The translations under genes and the position numbers were made by a program. A DNA stretch of 64,000 nucleotides from Amoebidium appalachense (Eukaryota; Protista; Ichthyosporea): contig CAVNZM010000002.1 of the NCBI GenBank assembly GCA_963693365.1, forward strand, positions 9,273,059 to 9,337,058. The letters are read 5' to 3'. A model generated the notes under the pieces. The model had not been told where the DNA came from and searched no databases. It saw only the letters and a program-made list of their open reading frames with translations. Shown piece after piece: positions 1 to 26,938 of the stretch. Each line of letters begins with the position of its first letter. The first letter of the stretch is position 1.

Positions 1-7
1 ACGTGCG

Positions 8-62
<55 letters not shown>

Positions 63-89
63 CCCCCCCCCCACAGACACCACCTCCCC

Positions 90-127
<38 letters not shown>

Positions 128-131
128 ACAG

Positions 132-13772
<13,641 letters not shown>

Positions 13773-13961
13773 CCCGACTCACCTGATTTTTGGAGCTTTT
13801 TCTTTTGTTGTCTAGTTCACTAGCCATCCCCACCCCCCTCCACCTCCGCATGTGTTTACCTGGTCGTTACTCCGTAAATGTATGCTACACAAACAGACAC
13901 AAACGTGCGCGTGCTCACGCGCGCACACACACTCACGCACACGCACACACACACATACATG

Positions 13962-14070
<109 letters not shown>

Positions 14071-14085
14071 ACACATACACACACG

Positions 14086-14120
<35 letters not shown>

Positions 14121-14155
14121 CGCAGACACACGGGCTGGCATGCCCACAACACGCG

Positions 14156-14196
<41 letters not shown>

Positions 14197-15531
14197 ACAT
14201 GTACCTGACCAGCGAGCGTCGAGACACGACTAGCCGTGTTTGAACTATGGAATTTCACGAACATATCTCATTGATTATTACCTATGCAAGAATGTATCCG
14301 CAAATGTGAATCTGAATCCAAATCTTGAGTCATGTATTGATGCGCACTGTAGATCTGGCTGCTTTAGAGGCACCAGAAAAATCCAAATCGCCAAGTCACC
14401 TCAGGGAGCGTTGGTACTTTGTGCGAATCGAAAAATGCACGAAGTGTAAAACGAATACCTCCTAGTTGGGCACATGTGTAACATAGTGTAAAAATTGAGA
14501 TGTAGAGCTGTATGTAGATTAGGAAGAAATTTGGCCCTTTAGGTCGCTCCGCGAGATATGTAGGATTGCAAGGACTTTTTCCAGAATGTGACTGTATTAT
14601 ATGGGACCTGTACTGTACCACGAGATCCGGTTCTGGTCAGGCACAAGAAACGGGAAAAGGAAATGAGTAAAAAATGTACGGTACGTGGATATATGCATAG
14701 TTCTCTCGTGCGCACGTGTGCGGCCGTGTGTTGCAAATATGTACCTGCCTTATGTGCATGCACACAAACGATTCTCTTGGAAGACCCTCGGGTGTGTGTG
14801 TAAAGTAGATAGTCTATTCCGGTAAATTTGCTGCAGTGCACGGTTCTCGCTTTGCAGGGTAAGGTAAGCCCCCCCCCCCTCCCCCCCCCTTCCCCCCCCC
14901 CCCCCCTCCCCCCCCCCTCCCCCCCCTCCCCCCTCCCCCAAGGCCCCCCAAACCCCCACCCCCTACCTCCTCACCCCCGGGTGATAATATAGGCAGAATT
15001 AATATGGGTGCGATATGTATATGCATTCATTGTGCATGTGGGCCATGCTGGCTGGGGCCTGCTGCCCGGGGGAAGGGGGGGGGGGAGGGGGGGGGCTTGG
15101 GGAATGGTGTGTGCTTCATGTGCACGTGCGTGGCACGGTTGGGGCAAGGGGGGTGGGGGGGAGGCGGGGGTGAAAGTTTGTAGCAGGTGTGGAGACTGGC
15201 TAGAGGGGGATACGATGCCTCATTACACTGACCATCACATTACACGCTGACCAATTGCAAAGAGTGATATTTTATTATTACTTTCAAGTATTCCCGAGGA
15301 AAAAGATCCGAGGTGATACTACAAGAAAACACCAGGGCTTACCGCGGCAGAATCAATATTTTCTATATGCAGCCTAGTAACATCGCTAGCATGTCTGTTA
15401 CTAAGTAGTTGCAAGTCCGTACGTCATAACTGACTAGAAAATTGATTTAATATGATGTGCCCGAGTCAACGTGTATGGTCATTCATCAGTGTATATCTGT
15501 ATATCCATCGAGTACATCATAGAACTCATAA

Positions 15532-15580
<49 letters not shown>

Positions 15581-15606
15581 CCACACCACCACAACCACCC
15601 CCCACC

Positions 15607-15654
<48 letters not shown>

Positions 15655-16011
15655 CTCCCCCGAGTGAAAAAAAACAAGAAAAAGGAAGACCAACAAAAGG
15701 CGATGATAACAAGAGGCCATGTAACAGTCACCGATCAAGACCAAAACATCAAAACTTCACCGATACGAACACCTCTACCGAAAAAAAGCATCAAACCGCA
15801 CCCATTCGCATCATCATACTGTCCGATAGCACAATACCAAGTTTCGTAGACCGTATGCAACCAAACCCAAAGCCGCGACAAATCATTCGTTCATCCAAAA
15901 CCCCCTAAATCCACACAAACACTACACCCCAATTGCCGATTGTAAAACCCCCCCCCCTCCTCCTCCCCCTTCCCTCCCCCCCCCCCCCCCCCCCACCCAC
16001 CCCCTGGGGGG

Positions 16012-16068
<57 letters not shown>

Positions 16069-16591
16069 CCCAGCTAGGGAACGTCGGTTCCGTACGGCGA
16101 AGTACACACTCGTAAAAGTTACGCCACCAACGGGTGTGCAGGAGGTCGCCATAACATTCGATACATGGGGGTAATCACACCTGTGAACAGGCAGTTGGTT
16201 AGCCCAACGGGGGACATTAAAGGATAGCAGGATAGTTTGGAAACAGAACTGGGCAGTGTGAAGGCTGAAAAGAGTGAACCAAGGTGGCGACAAAGTGAGG
16301 TGTGGAGGAAAGGGGAAGGGGGGCATCACAACATTCCTTTGCGCGTGTGTGTGTGTAAGAAGGGGGGGGGGGGGGGGGGGGGGTGGGGAGGGGGGCAGGG
16401 TGTATTGGTTATGGCGGGGTAGCGAGTAGAAGGGCCCGGTGAAGAGGGAAAAAGGGACGGGGGCAAGGGGGCGAGAAGGGGGGAGGGAGGGGGGAAGGGG
16501 GGGGGGGGGGGGGGGGGGGGGGCAAAGCCTATATATGGTGTGATACCTTTTTTCACAGCAAATCACACTTCCATGGACGTGCCTCCCCCCC

Positions 16592-16627
<36 letters not shown>

Positions 16628-16693
16628 AAAAAAAGCACGCACACGCACAAACACGCAGACACAGACACATACAGCGCGCGTGCAGCGCACGCG

Positions 16694-16749
<56 letters not shown>

Positions 16750-16763
16750 CATACGCACACACA

Positions 16764-16834
<71 letters not shown>

Positions 16835-16980
16835 CCCCCCCCCCCCCCACACACACACACAAAACAGCCAACCAGATCTACACATCCATTCACAAACACA
16901 CATTATCAATCGCCCAATCGCCATATAATATTAAGAAACTCTCCAGATATAAAAACATTCACACGTTACAGTACCTGAAG

Positions 16981-18144
16981 TCAACTAAGCTGCTGTGGTA
17001 GCAACGGTAAGCTCGGGTGCTGCAGTTGCGTCGTCGCCGCAGGGAAAAACCTCGCCGCCCCCTGCGTGCGCAAGGGGTCATGTGCCCCAAACGCGCTTGA
17101 ATGCTGATGGTGTTGAAACATTCCGTGCGCTTGAAAAAAACTATGCGCCTCCGCATGATTCCCAAACGGGTTATTATCGCCGCCAAACACCGCCCCGTGC
17201 GTCCCAATCCCCATATTCGCATGTGCCGTGGCGGCGGCGGCGTGTTGAAGCGGGAGAGGTTGCGGGAGGCGAGGAATCGTCGGGAGGGCCGGGAGAGTCG
17301 CCGTGTGAGGGTCGTTTTGGAGCAAATCGGAGGTGGCGAGAGAACGTTTGATGCATGGTAGTTTTGTCCCTTTGACGTATTTCACCTTTTCGAATTTCTT
17401 CAGCCATATGCGGCAAGTCTCCATGCTTATGGACGTCACCGGCTTCCCGTGGGGTCCAAGAAAATTCGTCGACCGCAAAAACGCGTCGAGATGCTTCTTC
17501 AGGCTGAGCGTCCTACGGCTCACGTTCGGCGTCCCGTAAAGATATTCGTCCAACCGTTTCTGTAAAACCCCCTCGTTCTGGACCAAGAGAGACGGGATCT
17601 TGGTGTGTTTCCCCTGGGTGATTGGCGGTAGAAACCCCCTCCTCTCGAACATCTGCGCGTCCGCCCGCAATTTCTTTGCGAAATAGACCCCCCTTTGGAG
17701 GCTCGTCGCGAGAAGTTCCGATATCTCCGCCTTTGATTTTCCTCCCGTTGCCAAGAGCGCGAAATACTGCTGTACGGTGACCATCCTCAGCGCATCTTCT
17801 TTGCTCGTTTTCTTGTCCGTTATGACCTTCCTCGCCTTGTTCGCCAAAAAAACCAATCGTTCAGTCGTCCCCGCCCCAAACTCCGCCATCTCCTCCTGAT
17901 GCTTTCTTGCCGTCTCTTCTAAATCATTGTTCGTTTCCTCGTTTTCCGTTGCTTCCTCCTGCCCATCTTGCTGTTCCGCACCTTCCCCATCCCCTCGCAG
18001 CTGGAAGTGATAGGCCACCTGACCCTCCCCATGGCCGAATGCTTCTTGCTGGTCGGCGCCTAAATCGCTTGTAACGCCTGCGTCGTCTCCCAATTCACCC
18101 TGCCACGACCCATGCATTTGAGTCTACTGCGTTACCCCCCCCTC

Positions 18145-18177
<33 letters not shown>

Positions 18178-19592
18178 TCCCCGAAGGCTCTCAACCCCCT
18201 CCTCTCCCCTTCCAACACACACACACACACACCCCATTCCCTCCCCTCCCCCTTCCCCCTCAGACACAAACCTTCTCCTCTGAACCCATCCACCCCGACC
18301 CTATATTGTTGCACACCCAGATTGTTTTCCTCATTTTGGACACCCAACAGGTTGTAAGAACGAAAACCTGTCTGAATCTGTGTCCATTTCCCCCAAATGC
18401 ACGGATATCACCGCTAATTTGCAGTCATGAGGTTCCCTCCTCTCGATTGATTACATCAACCACGTCTAAAAAAGCAGTTTGAACATAGGCGAATCTGTTG
18501 AGTGGATGGGTGGGTGTTGGAGCTCTAGAATGGAAAAGGGACAGGCTACATACTAGTTATATTCATACAACCGTGTACTGGGGGTATTTTGGCTCCAGAT
18601 TCTAAACGTGTGTGTGCAGATGTGCACCTGTGTGTGGGGGGAGAGGGGAGGGGGAAGGGGAGGGGGAGAGGAGTTTGGGAGGGGGTGGGGGTGGGGGGAG
18701 GAGGAGGGGAGAAATGCTTTTGAGAGTTGGACATATGGAGCAGACACCAAAGGACAAAATACAAACCGTCACAAAATTAAAAAAAAACGAAGCCGAATCA
18801 TGAAAGAATAATACCGAGCATGCAGGCATGGGACAATTGAACAGAGCCCAACAGCAGGGGGGTTCCTTTGTGTGTGTGTGTGTGTGTGTGTGGGAGGGGG
18901 GAGGGGGAGAAGGGGGGGAGGGGGGGCTAATATACCAGTGGTTGCTGCTCGCCATTGTCCCCTTGCTCAAGGACTGTATCGCTCGCCCTTGTGTCAGAAT
19001 GTTGCACGAACATCGATTCATCCTGCTGGAGACCGCCTGCTGATGACTCCAGATTCCCCTCCCTCCCCTCCGCCAGACTTGTCTGGTCTTGCTGGACAAA
19101 GAACGAGCTGGTTGCGTCAAATGACACACCAGACATGGCATTCATGTAATCCGTCGGTTGCATTTGCTGGAAATAAGGGGCAGCGAAAAACCCTGGATGG
19201 GAAGGTTGTTGGGGTTGTCCGGCTAGGTATGGATTTAAACCTCCATCTGTCAGAGGCGGAAACTGCTCGGAAAAGGTTGCCAAAGAGGGCTGGTTGGCCC
19301 CTTGTATTGGCTGTCCATGTTGGTCCTGATACCCCCTCCAGACAAGAAATGATGGGCCACCACCATTCTGACCTACATTTTCCGTTTTGTTCCCGGTTGC
19401 ATTATTGGCACCTTTTTTATCAGAGCTATTAATTTTATCATTTGTCTTCTTGCCCACCGCTCTATTGAAAGCTACAGTGCGTCCGCTTGACGCAGGCTTG
19501 CGTGTCTTTGTGTCCTTTTTCTTTGCTCCTCCCTTCTTGATGGCGGCATCTTTGCTGCTTTTATGCCGCTTGCGCGGAGTTTCCTCCTCCAT
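16981..19592 (-). CDS. Putative nuclear protein: K/R-rich NLS + Q/G/S-rich region + N-terminal HTH DNA-binding region of an IS630/Tc1-mariner-like transposase, lacking the DDE domain
   Basis: Exon 1 is 19592-18936 (MEEETPRKRHK...EQQPL|gtatat, phase 0). Exon 2 is 18123-16981 (after cagtag), giving ~600 aa. The segment SELLATSLQRGVYFAKKLRADAQMFERRGFLPPITQGKHTKIPSLL..NEGV...SISMETCRIWLKKF resembles, from memory, the N-terminus of fungal/protist DDE transposases (..GxxFARxxRxWxxxFxxxGxLPxxxxGxHxKxxSLLxDEDV...ISxRTxRRWLxKLG). Confidence 0.7.
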
Positions 19593-19760
19593 CTAGCACT
19601 CCCGTGGTTGACTGCAAACCACGCTATCCGCCCTCAGAGAAGAAAAAGTTTGTCTATGTCTCTGCGCACACAGAACAAAAACTTTGACTTTACAACATTT
19701 CACACTACTGACCTGAAGCTTTTCACGGACGCGTTCTGTTATCAACTTCACCACTTGAAC

Positions 19761-19914
19761 GTTTGCGCAAACATTTTGCTCATATCAGTTGCTTGTTTGC
19801 GCAAACATTTTGCTGATAAGATATCACCAAGCAACCGAGCCCATCGGCACACACACACCCAGGGTTCGACATTTGGGTTTCAAGTCGGGTATTTTCCGAA
19901 GTTTTGTGACGTCA
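19761..19914. promoter_or_regulatory. Candidate bZIP-site cluster upstream of the transposase-derived gene
   Basis: 20-bp direct repeat GTTTGCGCAAACATTTTGCT at 19761-19780 and 19795-19814, each containing the palindrome TTGCGCAA (C/EBP-like). A perfect CRE, TGACGTCA, lies at 19907-19914. Confidence 0.35.
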
Positions 19915-20429
19915 TCCATTTTGGCCTCGCGAAAGGTGGGGTATTTCCAGGATATACTTACTTTGGATATATCAGATAAACCTTTGTATACCTATCCGCT
20001 AATATGTAAATATATCCTCTGGCGCGGGCAGCCCCTCAGAAGCCAAAACACACTTGATACAGGTGCTTTTGAAACTCAGGGATTTTGTTTTCACTGAGCA
20101 CGCATGTCACACTCGCCTACCCGCATCATTATAACCTGAGACAGCCAGTCTAACTTTCGTTTAGGTGTTATAATCGCCTGTTCATCTCAGGATAGAGACA
20201 TTGTGTTGCTGACTAACTTTAATGAATAGCCTGAGGCGCGCGCAGCGCGCCGCCCGCTGAAAAGCTTTGCTTAGTGTCACCACATTCGCACCTATTCCTG
20301 TGTGCTAAGTTCTCTCCGTGTCTCTAGCTTCAACGGTGGTCGTTTCTTAGATAAGTCTTTCTCCTGAGGATTTCTCTTACGGTCACTTCCTCTCTTGGGG
20401 CGCCCGCGCACCCCCTTCTAGAGATCTGA

Positions 20430-20465
20430 AGTCTCTCTCTCTTCTCTCTCTCTCTCCGTCTCTCC

Positions 20466-20516
<51 letters not shown>

Positions 20517-20643
20517 CCCCTCCCTCCCTCCCTCCCTCTCTCTGCCTCTCTCCCCCCCAGTCTCTCTCTTTCTTTCGCTCTCTCTCTCTATCTCTCTATC
20601 TCTCCCCCCCCCCCCCCCCCCCCCCCCCCCCAGTCTCTTTCTT

Positions 20644-20687
<44 letters not shown>

Positions 20688-20859
20688 TCTCTCTCTCTCT
20701 CGCCCCCTCTTCCCCCAGGCTTTCCGGACGGTCTCTCTCTCTTCACGTTCTTCCTCCCTCTCCCTCTCTCTGTCTCTCGGTCTCTCTCTCTCACCGTCTC
20801 CCCCCCCTTCCCCCCCGCCCGAGTCTCTCTCTCAGGCAGTTTTCAATCACTCGCTCTTT

Positions 20860-20950
<91 letters not shown>

Positions 20951-21170
20951 CTCTCTCTCCCTCTCTCTCTCTTTCTCTCTCTCTCTCTCTTCTCCTCTCT
21001 ACTTTCTCTCTCTCCCTCTCTCCCCGAGAGTCTCTTTGTCTCTCTCTCTCCCCCTCTCTCACGGTGCTCTGAGACTCCCGGTCTCTCTTTCTCTCCGAAG
21101 CCTCCCCCTCTCCCCCCCACCCCCACCCCCTCCCTCACTACCCTCCCAGCTCTCTCTCTGCCTGTCTCCT
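20430..21170. repeat. Degenerate (CT)n/(GA)n low-complexity tract
   Basis: Long interrupted CT repeats with poly-C runs. Confidence 0.9.
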
Positions 21171-22279
21171 CCGCCTACAGGCAACTGGGCTTTCTTTCCA
21201 GTTCCAACGTAATATCCCTCCCGTTGTCCCCGCCCCCCCCCCCCCCCCCCCCCCCCCTAGGCCTCCCCCCCCCTTCCCCCGGGCCGGGGGGTTAGAGACG
21301 GCTGCATTTTTCTCCACCACCTCCGCCACCTCCTTGGCAACCGAAATATTAGCACCCGATTCCTGGCCCACAGACTTTTCAGTGGCGACCGTACCAGACT
21401 GCTTGGCCTTCTTTGCCTTGACCACCGCAAGCGTGTTTAAGAAAATCGCCCAACTTGAGTGTTTTAGGGCCAGGCTTCTACTGCTCCTTCCCATCTGAAA
21501 AGCGATGGTCAGGCTGCCGAGTGCTGGCAGCCACAGGGGCTACCCTAGGAAGCGCGTGTTTGCCCATGGAGAGAGTGACCTACAGCGAAAGGGCCCAAAA
21601 ACAACACGGGTGAAAGCGTGACACGTGAGAACTTAAAAAAAAAACGGGCTCTGAGTCACCTGACAACTGACTTGAAGGCTGTGTTTTGACTGAAGGGAGG
21701 GAGTTTTGCGCCAAAAAAAAAAAAAACGAAAATAACCATCAGACTGGTGTAAGGCCGTGCCATTGTAACTTTTTTTTTTTCTTTTGACTGGATTTATTCG
21801 ACGGAAAGATATGCAAGTATGCCGGCATGGCATACAGAGAAGACAATAAAAACTTCACGAGTTATCCAGTAACAAGTGCATACTGAGATACCTGAACACT
21901 GTGTGAAAATCATATAAATACTCAATGTGACGACCAACAGAATTCAACAAAAAGTCTAAAGTGTTCACATTGCCAGCTAGTGTAGCAGACACCCGTAGGG
22001 AAAGAGGTAAAACGCGACATAAAAACTCACACCTATCAACATGCTTGCGATTGGAAAGTTCAGCACAAAAATGGCACCAGCGGCGATGAAAATTGTAACT
22101 TAATGTCAATAAAAAGCCCCCAAAACCTTAAGATTGTGTCAAATATACACAAAAGGTTCCCCAATATTACCATTACGGTGGCCAAAATTCATTTTACTTG
22201 ACTGCTGAGTGCTGGATAACCGAGCGAACTATCCCATGCATGAAAATAATAGCCTATCACCGAATTCCCACCCCAGCCT

Positions 22280-22362
<83 letters not shown>
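22280..22362. repeat. 83-nt pure poly-G run
   Basis: Seen directly; the length may be a sequencing or assembly artefact. Confidence 0.85.
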
Positions 22363-22538
22363 CTATATGTACACTCCACTATCCGGCCACGTACCCTACG
22401 CAGGAAGGGTAGTGTACCCCAGCCTCTTCCAGGCGGGGTATTTTTTTCTGGCAGTGGGGTATTTTTTAGGGTATTTTGGGGGTATTGTCTAACCCTGCAC
22501 ACACCTAGAAAAGCAAGAAGCAGACAGCTGACGGGTGT

Positions 22539-25500
22539 TTGCGTGCCAAAACATCAAACATGCTTTACATACACACTGTTCTTTCTTACCACGGGCTTCT
22601 CCCCAACGATGAGCTAGTGCGCCTTCTCAAAAAGGCCAACGATGCCAGTTATTCCTTTTTCGAAACGCCCAATTACGACCTTCCATCCAGATATCGCAAT
22701 CTGCAGCAGCACTGCAGTCTTGGATCCTTGGCTTGTAAGGAAGATCCAGAAGATGCAGCCACATGTTTTAATTGCACGTTGCGTGCTTCTCAGTATACTA
22801 CATCACAGAAAAAGAGGCTGCTCAAGCTGAAAATGAAACATGCAGAGTTTCTGGAAGGGGCAACGGAAAAAATGGCTGATGGCCCAGTTGATGGTTGCTG
22901 CCTATTTGCATTCTTGCATGGCTGATCAGGTGAGTATTTCTTTTTATGTGTCCCGCTGAGTTTTTTTTTCCACGCACGTGGAGGCTTACTAGCAACTTTC
23001 ACATGCAGTCTCTCTCTCCCTCGCTCTCCTTGTCCCCCCCTCCCCCCCTCCCCTCCCCCCCCTCCCCCCCCCCCTCCCTCCCCCTCCCTCGGAGCGATTC
23101 TCTGTCTCTTTCTCTCCGTCTCTTGGCTTCACCCATTCGTTTTTTCCCGACCTTTGGCTCCCCCCTCTTCTTGTCGTCTCCCCCCCCCCCCCCCCCCTCC
23201 CCCCCCCCCCCCCCCCCCCTTCACCCACCCCCCCACCCCCTTCCCAACCCGTCCCCCACCCCACTCCGTGTACCCCTAGCCCAGCTCCTTTCTCCCTTCA
23301 AAGTGGCTCTCTTTCATTCCGTGAACCAAAAAGCAAAACTGCCCCTCTGAGAAGAAGTTTAGAAGTTAGACACTTAGGTTGCTTAGTACGGCAGCTGTAT
23401 GAGTGTATGTAGCATCACTTGGAGTGCTTGTACTCTGTCAGAATAGGATAAAAAGAAAACACACCAACATACAGACAACCATCACTTGACAAAGACGTGG
23501 GTAAAAACACACTTAACTGTGCATACACCGGTTTCTGGTTATACCTACATGTAAAAACATTAACACTTCTATTCACACACATGGTCTGAACACGTAAACA
23601 TAGCAGATCTTTTTTCTTGCCGACAAACCTACTATTCCTACCCACCTATTTTTCCTGGTTACGTATCCTCAAGCATATAAACCAAGGCCTCCTATATACA
23701 AACTAGGATGTAGGAGGCCTTGATATAAACCGAACCTCCCTTCTCCCCCCCCCCCCCCCCCCTTCCTCCCTTCTTCCCTCCCCGGGACATACGCACTCAA
23801 GATCCATTTCCCTACCTTTTTCCTCTCTAGGGCAGCCCAGGCGTGCATATATCCCCCCCCCCCCCCCCCCCCCCCCCCCACACACACACACCTTTCCGTT
23901 CTCCCTTCTTCCACCTATATACTATTTCTTTTTTTTTTTTTTTTTTTTTGTGCTCACCAATCGACTTCACTGAGCATACCAGCACCTTTCCCCCCTTCCT
24001 CCCCCCTAACACACACACACACACACTCACCTCCGCCATCGATCCCCCCTCCTCCCCCCCCTCGTCCCCTTTACAAATATTCAAACCAACAAACCAACCA
24101 ACAAACAAACAAACAAATAACAAACTAACAAACTAACTAACAAACAAATAGTCTGTAGCCCGGCACCTTGCAGGCCACCTCGAGTTCCAACGGCCGGAGG
24201 ACATGCGCAAATTCTTCCTTGAGGCTGGGGTCGTGAACGCGCTATGCAAATTCCTCGCCGCATACACAACACACCAGAAACTTCCCGAAGATTCCAGGCC
24301 CAAAAAATGGAGACAGTGGGACGCCATCTCATACCACTCCGCCTTCGCCGTCGCTCTTCTCGTGGACGTTCCCATCGGCAGATCGAAATCGTCCGACGAA
24401 TTCAAGCAGGCGCAAACCATTGCGGATGAGCTCGTGAAATTTGGCGCAGTGGGTTACTTGGTCACCCTAGCCAAGGGATACGGGGGGATGCCGCACGTGC
24501 TGGGTGCGGCGTGGGCCCTCCGTCTCCTTCTCGGCGCCTCGCCGACATCTGCCATTGAATTTGCTCGGATTGATGGTGCGGTGGATTGCTTGGCGACGCT
24601 TTTCGACCCGGCGGGGTTCAGTAAGAGATTGAACGAAAGGTTCGACCAACCGGATTATGAAATTCCGTTGGGTGAGAGGGGGGTTATTTCCGCCGCCGTG
24701 GTGCAGCTTTTGTCGCAGCACCATTCGCCTATGGACATGAAGTTGGATGAGGCCAGGGAGAGGCTCAGAACAAGAATCCCGGCGCTTCTGGAAAACGCTG
24801 GAGCGGTATTGGCTTTAGCTGCAGGTGGGTGGGTGGGTGGGTGGGTGGGTGGGTGGGTGGGTGGGTGGGTGGGTGGGTGGGTGGGTTGGAGGGGGGCTGG
24901 GGAGGTCAAGGGGGGGAGGGGGAGGGGGGCTGTAGGCGTGGTTTGGTCTGATGGTGCAGGTTGGGGAAAAGGAGGTAGAACGGGAACGGGAACGGTGGTG
25001 GTGAAGGGGGATGGGGATGGTGGGGGTGGGGGCAAGCGGGATGGGCAGGGAGGGGAGGGGGGGGGGGGGAGGGGGGGAGGTCTGTTCAGCGTGTTGGAAT
25101 GAGATGTGGTTAAGGGGAGGGTGGGTTGATTTTTTTTATGCCGAGTACTAGTGGTTGTGGTGGGTGGATGGGTGGGGTGGGTGGTGGGTGGGTGAGGGGG
25201 GGATTGAATGGGCTGTTTTTCGTCTCTGTCTAGCAAAAAGAGCTGAATGGACGGCTGTTGTGCTCGAAAGAGATGCATTAGGCTCAGATGTGTAACTCAT
25301 CGCGAGCAGGAATTCGTGTTCTTGGTTTTTGGTTTCTCTCCCTTTCTCTCTCTCTTATTTTTTTCTTTTTTGGTTTTTTTAGTACGTTTTCTTTTTTTTT
25401 CTTTCTTTTTTTCCTTCTCTTTTTTTTTTGGGGGGGGGGGGGGGAAGGGGGGGGGGGGGGGGGGGGGGAGGGAAGGGGGGAGGGAGGGTTAAGGGGAGGG

Positions 25501-26315
25501 AAGGGGCAGCCAGGGGTCGCCATGGGTGTGCATGTGTGTGTATGTGTATGGAGAGGGGGGAAGTGTGTGTGTGTGTGTGTGTGTGTGTCGGGAGGGAGGG
25601 AGGGAGGGAGGGAGGGGGGGGGGGGGGGGTTGCCCTTTTCTCAGTGTCTACAGTAGATTGCATTAACTCAGGGACGGTATTTTCTGAGATTGGTGAACAC
25701 AGAGTGTGTTTTCTTAAGATAGCCAACACACATGCACCATCTTGTGAGGGTTCACATAATTGCAAACCCGTTTTTTGTGTGTCCTTCTACAAGCCTACAG
25801 TGCTTGCACTGAAAACAGCCTTCAATCAGAAGAAAGCAGAATTTGCAATACGATGATGGTATAAATTTACTCCTGGCCGGGGCCGAGAATCTGAGGGAAG
25901 CAAAATTGTTTTTATAGATCGAACCATGGTGGCCAATCATACGATTGCAAGACCTCTCTTTGTTCTGATTGAATGCCGTTTTCAGTGCAAGCATTGTAAC
26001 AATCATTTTACTTCTCTTCCATCATCCGTTCTTCTCTCTTTCTTGTTGCTCTTCTCTCTCTCCCCCCCCCTTCCCTCTCACTTTCTTTCTTTTTTCCCCC
26101 CCCCTTTTTTATTCCTATATTTTCACAGACAGTGCCGAAGGTGCATCGATTGTTGTGCAGTGTAAGGGTGCGCTCAAGTCCCTCTTCAAGTGGATGATTA
26201 TTCCCTGCCTGACCGAGGATCTGGAGCAGCCCGTAGGGGTATCTGCTGGGATGTTGCTGGCAGCCTTGTGCAAGGTGTGTGTGTTTGGGGGGGGGGGGGG
26301 GGGGGGGAAGAGGGA

Positions 26316-26353
<38 letters not shown>

Positions 26354-26444
26354 GGGTGGGTGGGTGAGAGGGAGGGGGGGGGGGGGGGGAAGGAGGTGTG
26401 TGGTGTGGTGGGTTTGTCCGTGTCTGTCGTATGTTTGTGTTTGT

Positions 26445-26540
<96 letters not shown>

Positions 26541-26847
26541 CCCGTGTATGTGTATGTGTTTGTGGGTGTATGTAGGTGTAGGGATGGTCTAGAGCAACCC
26601 GTGGGGATTCGGCTGGGATGTTGCTGGTAGCCTTGTGCATGGTGTGCGTTATTTATTTATTTATTTGGTTTATTTATTTATTTATTTATTTTTTATTTTT
26701 TTTTGGGGAGGGGGGGGAGGAGGGGTTGGAGGTGGGCTGGTGTGCAAGTGCAGGGTTGGGTCGCGGGTGGGTGGGCGGGGCGAGGTGTTGGTAGGTGTGA
26801 GTGTGTCTTCCCATCCCGTGTGCATGTGTTCCTGTGTGTGTGTGTGT

Positions 26848-26880
<33 letters not shown>

Positions 26881-26905
26881 CGTGTGTGTGTGTGTGTGTG
26901 TGTGT

Positions 26906-26938
<33 letters not shown>

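Noticed and set aside
14500-14866. Possible + strand exon ending in a strong donor (GGTAAG|GTAAGC)
   Set aside because: No recognisable protein and no consistent partner exon were found.
21138-21790. Minus-strand K/A/E-rich ORF with a T-rich leader, possibly a decayed LINE 5' end/ORF1
   Set aside because: No RT, endonuclease or zinc-knuckle motif is present, so it cannot be supported.
22280-22362. Poly-G as a dedicated G-quadruplex promoter element
   Set aside because: Poly-G/C runs are ubiquitous here and their lengths are unreliable in assemblies.
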